NCBI GenBank assembly: GCA_049999805.1
Contig: JBNGIO010006316.1
Location: 117,221 to 149,557 of the forward strand
From: Folioceros fuciformis
Lineage: Eukaryota
Direction: 5' to 3'
DNA: 32,337 nucleotides
Part shown: in pieces, positions 25,001 through 32,337 of the stretch
Numbering within the stretch: position 1 is the first letter of the stretch
Layout of the letters: the number at the start of each line of letters is the position of its first letter
Program-made: the position numbers and the translations under genes
The notes under the pieces: generated by a model
Databases searched by the model: none
Told to the model about the DNA's origin: nothing
Seen by the model: the letters and a program-made list of their open reading frames with translations, nothing else

Positions 25001-25352
25001 AGTAGGTTAGGGTCTTGGTTTTGCATATTAGATTTTGGCGTGCTGAGTCCACTTCCCAATCTCTGTGACACCGAAGTATAATGTTTAAAATTGGTTAACT
25101 GTAGCTGTAAGGTTGGGTACGTCGCATCACGTTCAAATCAAAATGGTCAAACAGGGTGGTCTCATCAAAATGAGAGATTCTGAAGCCCAGGGGGGAGCAA
25201 ATAGTGAGTTCATGGAGTTGGTGGGTGTATTGAGTTCATTGGCAAAGCCTGGGAGCACGTTTTCAAGCAGTGGCATTCACAGTCTGATAGCATACAGCAG
25301 CCTGACGCTACCAGATGATTTGCTTTGCAAAGTGTTCTCTTTATGGCGGTAA
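22019..25352 (+). CDS. Uncharacterised fascin/actin-crosslinking-like beta-trefoil repeat protein with C-terminal BC/SOCS-box-like motif, about 740 aa (may extend to about 25905 via another intron)
   Basis: Phase-consistent exons 22019-22397, 22568-22712, 22807-22900, 23075-23305, 23419-23958, 24096-24265, 24381-24683, 24788-24900, 25105-25352. Repeats VRFRAHGHGYLTTDDKGRF...KWESFSL, VTLKAHNGKYLCA, RYISIEPSGTVLCN...SEHFYLE, RFLSVEPCGSVRAVRTVPTRWEVFHL. PASLQDLCSSYV at 24846 and LPDDLLCKVF at 25308. Confidence 0.72.
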
Positions 25353-26203
25353 GGATGACTACCATGGCCTGTTGCAAGGATGAAGACCACGATGCCCAGA
25401 GATAACTTGGAGACGTATCTGTGCATGACTTTGTCGCAGATCAAGGCAGCATCCGCAACACTCATGCAAGTGGTGGCCCAGTACGTTTGTTCCCTTCTCA
25501 TACAACACCGGTGGAGCACAGGGCCGTCCCTTACCCAACAATGGGCGTGTTTTCGCGCATGCAGGACTGCAACACGCCCAACGGTTGAATGCGCTGGACA
25601 GATCTTTGTGGGCAGGCACAACAGAAGGTTGGCACTGCAGCTCCTGTGACAGCGGTGGAGTGCTCAACATGGATCCGTCTGTAAATCCAGGTAATTCTGC
25701 TTTTTCTGCACGAGGCGAGGCCCCTTTGTCGGTCCTGCTTCTCTTTGCCGAAACTTCAGACAGCGCCCAGCTGTTAAACCAGGGTGGTCTCCGTGTGTGC
25801 GACATGCAGCCCATCACAGATACTTGGAGGTGCAATACCATGCGTTCAGCGGGGCACACCAGCCATCGGGTGTACTTTGGAACGCCATCTCCTTCATTGG
25901 TATAAGGTCAGTGTTGGTACAAGGGCAGGTTGATGTAGTCTGGCTTGAGGAGATGAAAAGCCTGCGACTCATCTGCAGGATGTTGCTCTTGCTGTTGCTG
26001 TTTCCCCTGCAGCATTATGACCACAGCCTTCTTCTTCCAAGCCAAAGCCAGCGCTGGACGTCGGAGCGGAAGGCCTTGACAGACATGCTTGCCGTGTAAT
26101 TATCATTAGGTCCAGGTCCGTCCATTAATTGATTGATGAATTGGAATTAAAGTAGTCTAGTGTGTTTTAGCTCATTATTGGTTTGTGGAGGGAGCCTCAT
26201 CAA

Positions 26204-26365
26204 CTGTACATATGTACAGCAGTACAGCAGATACGTGCACACGTATGTAGGTTGTCGTCATATATTCGACAGACTATTAGCACACAGCATCCCACGTGTG
26301 GTAAGATACCCCCGTGTACCCACACACTGAGAGTGCCTCGTTAACGACACATGTACATGTGTACC
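26204..26365. other. Cluster of palindromes and GTAC motifs upstream of PGAP1
   Basis: Perfect 16-bp palindromes CTGTACATATGTACAG (26204) and ACACATGTACATGTGT (26347), near-palindrome ATACGTGCACACGTAT, six GTAC and one CACGTG. Confidence 0.6.
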
Positions 26366-26617
26366 CCAAGCCTCTTTGGTTTTCGTAAGTGGCGACGAAT
26401 TTAAGAAGGGAGACGTGAGTGAAGGGGTGCCTGGCGGCAGGAGACGACTCCTTTAATGGTGTGAAACTCCTCTGTCTACAGCTCCTAATCTGAGCGAATT
26501 ACAGTAACGTGGAAGTCGCAGCGGGCGGGAGATGTTCAGCATGCGCTTTTTGTCATTCCCTTCAATTCTTGGGACCTCACTGCCAGCTGCGGCTGCTTGG
26601 CGTTTCTGTGGAGAACA

Positions 26618-29600
26618 ATGGGCGCCCGCCTGCGAGGCGCAGGAGCTGGCGCATGCCGGGCGGCGGAAATCGCCTTCGCCTGCGGGCTTGCGGTGGCCGC
26701 TGTCTTCGGTCTCTCCACTCTGCCTCTGCACAATGGCTGCAAAATGACCTACATGTACCCCACGTACATACCCCTGCCACCTCCCGCCAACCTCACGACC
26801 AAGTACGGGCTCTACCTTTATCACGAGGGGTGGCAGAAAATCGATTTCGACCTGCATCTGCTCAAGCTGTCGGGCGTCCCAGTGTTGTTCATTCCGGGAA
26901 ACGGTGGCAGCTACAAACAGGCAGGATCTGTATTTTGTTGCACAATCCACTGGCCAGATCCAGGTTTTGCTCACTCGTAGCTGGCTCCTCTGAGCAGGTT
27001 AGATCCATAGCCGCTGAGTCGCAACGGGCATTCAGTGGCGGACCTCTCGAAGAAAGTTTTTTCCGCGAATCTTCGCTGTCGCCGAGGGAGTTAGGATGGA
27101 GGCAACCGGGAGAGGCTGGCAAGATGAATTCTTTGGTAACCGACCAGAATGGCAGGGCGTATCCCAATCACTTGGACTGGTTTTCCGTGGATCTGGATGG
27201 TGAGCATTCCGCCATGGACGGAAGGATTTTAGAAGAGCATACGGAGTATGTGGTCCAAGCTGTTGACAGGGTATTAGCTCTTGCTACTGTGTCCCCTGTC
27301 CCAAGTTCTGCTCTTTGTCGGGTAGAGCTCAGGAAAATGTTCGAGGTGTGTATCAAATGTGGGGTATTTTGCACAGATTTTGGATAGATATCAAGAATCT
27401 TTTGCTGCACGGTACAAGGCTGAGGCTGGTTTGGGTGAGAGACCCCCTAAGACCGTCATCCTGGTGGGCCATTCTATGGGGGGTTTTGTCGCAAGGGCGG
27501 CAGTTGTCCATCCTCGCCTCAGGAAGGGATCGGTAGAAACCGTGCTCACCTTGTCCAGTCCTCACCGGTAAACCTGGGCTCCAGCTGTGAACCTGGTTGT
27601 CCTAGTCCTTTGCACCCTAGGACCGGCTTCTTTGACCAGCTGTTTGTGTTCTTTGTCAGGTTACCTCCACTAGCTCTGCAACCGTCGCTTGGGCTCTTTT
27701 TCTCAAGTGTCAACGAAGCATGGAAGAGGGGTTTCTCCGTATCCAGGACGAAATCGAAAGGAGTCAAATCAGGCCCACTGTCTAAAGTGATCGTTGTGTC
27801 CATATTCGGAGGAACACGTGATTACCAGGTGACCAGATGGTAGAGTAAGACCGTTACGTATGTTCTATGTAGATCAGATTCAAGGAAGGGATCGCGCATT
27901 GTGTGCAGAAAGGCTGAGTCCACGAAAAACTCCTCATATTGACCATGTGGTGGCCTCAGGTCCGTGCTAATCTTGCCTCCTTAGAAGGTATTGTGCCCCC
28001 AACAAATGGGGTGACTATTGGAGCTCCAGAGATGCTGAACGTTTGGCTTTCCACAGAACATCAGTCTATTTTATGGTGCAACCAGCTTGTCGTTCAGGTG
28101 GCTTCTTAGCTTTGATAAGTTTGTCTTTCAGTTTAGCTGTCATCTTTGTAGGTGAGATGTACGCTCTCATTGCCCACTCTTGAACCTGACGTTTCTGGCA
28201 GGTTGCTCACACTCTTCTGCATTTGATAGATGTGAAATCTGGTCAGCCTGTATCCAACCCTCAATTAAGGCTTCACGTATTTGTATCAAAGCTACGGACT
28301 GCCCTTGCCGAAGCGTTTGACTGGCCACCCCCTGGAACTTCTCTTCGACTCTCCACTGCTGCAGCAGAGGGCTTGAAAGACAGTACGCCTGTGTCCCACA
28401 AACATGCTGTAGTTGATGTATGGGCTTTTGTTTTTCTGTTTGCGCCTTTGGGAAAGGTGGACAAGTGAATGAGTCTTTTGATGGGCGGTGAAACTGCAGG
28501 AATGCAAGAAGCATATGCCCATGGAGAAGGACAATTTGCTTGTCCGAAGTCAATACAGTGGTCTGTCGAAAGTCAAGAGAAGGACTTGTATATTGAGTCG
28601 CAAATTGTTACCATTCTTGCAATGGACGGAAGAAGGCGGTGGTTAGATATCAAAAGAATGGTGAGTGGGCTAGGTTTGTATCAGCCCAGTCTTTGCGGCT
28701 CAAAAATGCATACCGATAACTCAGAGTTCCCGGAATTTCGCCAATTTTCTGTGCCCAGTGCATTTTCTGTGCTTATGGAGATACTTGGCTACATATGTTG
28801 TGAACCGTTTCTAGTTCGTGACTCATGCTGGTTAATGTTTTTAAATGTTAAGTGGGAAAGCACCATCAGCATCAAGTTTGCTTAGTAGCCATAGGACCGC
28901 TTGGTTGCTTTCTGGCTACCGCCCTAGGAGGCCCTGACAACTTTAAATCATCGGTTCGTCTGCTGTTTTCAGGTTGCTGCTGGGAGAGATTGGTTTGTTA
29001 TGGTCACTAATCTCGCACCATGTACCGGAGTTAGGCTGCACCTTTGGCCTGGAAGGGATATGTCACTTGGCAATGGTGAAGAAGCAGTAAGCCATCGCAT
29101 CAAGGAAGTGACCATGAAGTTTGTTCAGCTTCCTGCAGGGCCGGCACCACTTCAGGCAAGATATTTTGCTCGTAGAACTGCACAAGTTCAACGTTTCTCT
29201 TGCAGCACTGCCACAAGCCTTGCTGTTCCTCATCTAAGTTAATCTATTATGAATTGGCGGTGGTGTGTACAGACTGAACCGGGAGGGCAGTCTGAGCAAG
29301 CACCTCCATCAGCCATTATTAGACTGAGCCCTGATGAGCTACGAGGATTTCAGTATCTTACGATTTCTGTGGCCCCACAGCCGGTATGATCCAAAATTGC
29401 TGTGTTCAGTTTGGATCCTGAAGCTGTAGGTCTCATAATGCGTCTCTTAGCCATGTCATCTGCTATTGCATGTGGTCAGAGCCTTTCTGGACGGCCTCCT
29501 CCTGCTGCATCCATGGCCCTTGGACAGTTCCTGAACTTTGGCGATGGGAGTGTCATCTCATCCTCATGGCTCGCCTCCTCGTTCTTCAAGCAACGGGTAG

Positions 29601-32012
29601 GATTTGGTTGCAAATATGGGTGGCTTCATCCAATGTTGTTCCGTGACCCGGACGATACTCCACCATTGTGGCAGTAACAACACAATTAGTTGTTGAATCA
29701 AAGTAACCAGCCTGTCGTTCCTGTTAATTTTTTTCTTGATTTGGGGACGTGGGATTCTAATGCAGGAGGTGACTTTACGAGAAAATCATCCATTGGTAAC
29801 GAAGTTAGCAGTTGCGGGCAGCTTAGGGATGTTTCCGTTGTCAGTTTCTATGAGAACTGCAAGCTGTGGTATGACTGAACCTCCACAAGCTGAAGGAGAT
29901 CACTCAAGTAAGGCTCGGATCTCATTCACCAGAATTATGTTCTTCCCCTTGCAAGTTTGTCTAAGTCATCCTCTCTAGCGATCGCTGCGGGAAAACCTGA
30001 TAGTGGTCCTCGTTCTGCTCTTTCCAGACATTTGCAAACTGCGCTGCTTTCCACCAGTCGCTCTTGTCTGGGATGCCTCTTCTGGCCTTTTAGTTCTTCC
30101 AAGTCTGAACTCAGAGACTATGTCTGTGGATTCCTCACCAGCAATCTGGACACTGAACGGAGTGGAAGGAACAAGCATTGTTTTTGTGGTAGGTGATGGA
30201 GGTGACATTTTTAAGTGGCTTCTTAAGACTGTGGGAAGGGTAGTTGACCTATATGAGTAAACTCTTGCAGGCAGATCCTCATTGTGCGTACAACGTAAGT
30301 ATGAAGATATCTGTGCTTGCAGCTGCAGGCAGGTTCTTTTTGACTTATGGACTCCAGGTACACTCTTTAACTTGTTGCAACCTTCTTTTCACGTACTAAA
30401 GTCCAATGTAAGCCAGTATGTCATGGCACACCTCTCTTCAACTGCAGATCTCGGGTTTTGCGGTTGCACTGGTTCTGTTCTCCTTGATGCGCCAGGCACT
30501 TGCATGGGAACAAGATCAACCATTACCCTCCATCTTGGCTTGTCTAGAGTCCAACCTCCTACGGCCATTATCATTCTTACTCTTATGTTTTGGTCCTCTG
30601 CTAGTGTACCTCACAGTCACTACCCTACAGAACAAAGGCTTGCCACAACTTTTTAGTTTCCTGTTGACATCCTGTCTCTGTTATGCATTCGCTACTGGAG
30701 CCATGATGGCTCTGGCTCTCGCCATAACAGTGGTGTTCCACGCTTCAGCTTACCTTCATTTTCATCTGAAAGCCAGGTACTTGTTAGGTCCCTTGTAAAT
30801 TTTGATGAGCCGCCTTCTCGTTTGCATTGCCAATTTTGGGCCGTAAATCTTGTAGATGGTGCACTTGGCAAGAGAGTCAGTATGCGCGATGGCTCCACAG
30901 ATTACTCGGCCGCCTCTCATTGTGCTCGTCTTCCCAGGTAAAACTCTCAAAACCTTCCCTCGTCTTTCGAACCAGTTCAGATCTACTCCCTGTGAACTTG
31001 TTAGTACATGCAGCTTGAGTAATATCTAAGTTTTTGTCTGTTCAGGTAGTGAGGAAAGTTCGTGGAAAGCCGACTTTAACAGTGGCTGTACTAGCTATTG
31101 TATTAGTGCTGTTTGTGCATCCCGCTTTGGGACTCCTTGCGTTGTGCGTAACACATGCGTGGCGATGCCATTTGTCTCTTTTGAGGTAAGGCTGGGTCGT
31201 TGAGGTGGGGAGTAAATAGCAAGGTTGTCACTGCATGTCCTCATTGTGCTGTTTCTCTCGTTGGCAACGTTTGTTAGTTCCTTTGTTGGTGCTGTTGGAG
31301 TGGGGAAATCTTGTGACCAGGCGTGCTCCTGCAGACATCATGGGAGTCTCCAGAGGAATAAATGGAAAAACGAGCCAGCTTCCTCCAACGGCGATGTGCC
31401 AACGAGCCCATGGCCGAGGGTTGCAGTAATTGATGGTTGCTCAACTGCAGAGCCTGATCTCAGCTGTGGCGACACACAGTTGGATCTTTTCAATCATACT
31501 GAGGGACTGCTTCTTTTGCATCTTTGTGCGACGGCCATGATGTTTCCGTCCCTCGTGGCATGGGTACAGGTGAGCTGTTGCCTGGTGCCCTTTTTCCCTG
31601 AGAAGTCAAACTGGTTTGATCGTTACTCATATCCGTATGATTGGTCGTTGTTTGTACGCAGAGGCCTGGTTGGGACCGTCCATTGCCATCTCTTGTTGAC
31701 TCGGTTCTGTCTGTGGGGTCGATTGTTCATGGCCTTTACGGGGGCAGTCTGAATGGGAACACCCTCGACATGTTGGCTATCCCATATTTTAAAATGGGTA
31801 CTTGCATTAGGGACATGGGCCTCAGCGCCGTGTACTTGTGCGCAGGCTTCTGTTGTTATCTGGCTGGACTGACATTCGTCCCGTACAAGGTTTTCTATGT
31901 CATGGGAGCTCTAGGTTTGCTAACAGCCATATGCAGAGCGCGTGAGCGGGTGAGAGGGAGGGGGGAACAGGCTGGGAAAAGGCGGCATAGCCGCAAGCAT
32001 AGACAGTTGTAG
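26618..32012 (+). CDS. PGAP1: GPI inositol-deacylase PGAP1/BST1-like, about 1117 aa, 18 exons, multi-pass C-terminus
   Basis: Exons 26618-26920, 26998-27270, 27377-27567, 27660-27828, 27960-28097, 28202-28382, 28500-28660, 28973-29155, 29273-29383, 29480-29596, 29766-29907, 30028-30188, 30271-30357, 30448-30776, 30856-30937, 31046-31185, 31335-31569, 31662-32012. Motifs CKMTYMYPTY, KYGLYLYHEG, PVLFIPGNGGSYKQ|VRS, lipase elbow GHSMGG, EHQSILWCNQLV. Confidence 0.93.
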
Positions 32013-32337
32013 GAGGTGGGTTTCCTGGTTGATTATAAATACGACTTCGAAATCGTGCGCGAGTGTCCGTCGAAGTTGGGATCGCTGGGTTTTCCCCATC
32101 GTGACGCCTTGTTCGACAAACATGGTGTGCCATCGGCTATTTCGTGCAGACCCGCGATTTCATCAAAGTTTGGATGAGTGGGGGTTCGGCTCGTGGGCAG
32201 GCGCTGTATGTGGACTTGCACACTGAACTCAGAAAACCAATTTGTGGAACACAATGGCCCGGACGCTATAGAAGGAACCAGAACTAGGGAAGGAGCGATT
32301 CGTGCCGCAGGTGTCTAAGGGCCAGGAGCGATTCGTG

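Noticed and set aside
32291-32337. AGGAGCGATTCGTG repeated at 33-nt spacing at the window edge
   Set aside because: Only two copies are visible and the sequence is truncated by the window end, so it cannot be interpreted.

Overview
Eukaryotic nuclear DNA: gene-dense, roughly 50% GC, with short GT/GC-AG introns. The gene families point to a land plant, and the compactness suggests a non-seed lineage (inference). Seven protein-coding genes were reconstructed by hand across introns. (1) A 5'-truncated giant gene (>=2990 aa, 3-9699 +) with about 12 LRRK2/aardvark-type ARM repeats, 2 ankyrin repeats, a PAM2-like motif and a C-terminal C3HC4 RING. (2) A short ORP4-type oxysterol-binding protein. 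(3) An intronless group-2 TIC20. (4) Phytanoyl-CoA dioxygenase (PAHX/PHYHD1-like). (5) RHL1, a topoisomerase VI partner. (6) An uncharacterised multi-fascin/beta-trefoil protein with a BC/SOCS-box-like C-terminal motif. (7) An 18-exon PGAP1/BST1 GPI inositol-deacylase with two GC-AG introns. Between genes 1 and 2 (about 10.7-15.6 kb) lies a nest of dead retroelements: a Ty3/gypsy chromovirus fragment bracketed by a 24-nt minisatellite, an RLE-type (CRE-like) non-LTR remnant, and a Ty1/copia RT whose pre-YVDD segment has been amplified into a 58-nt tandem array containing an assembly gap. All exon boundaries come from manual splice-site and phase reasoning, not expression data.
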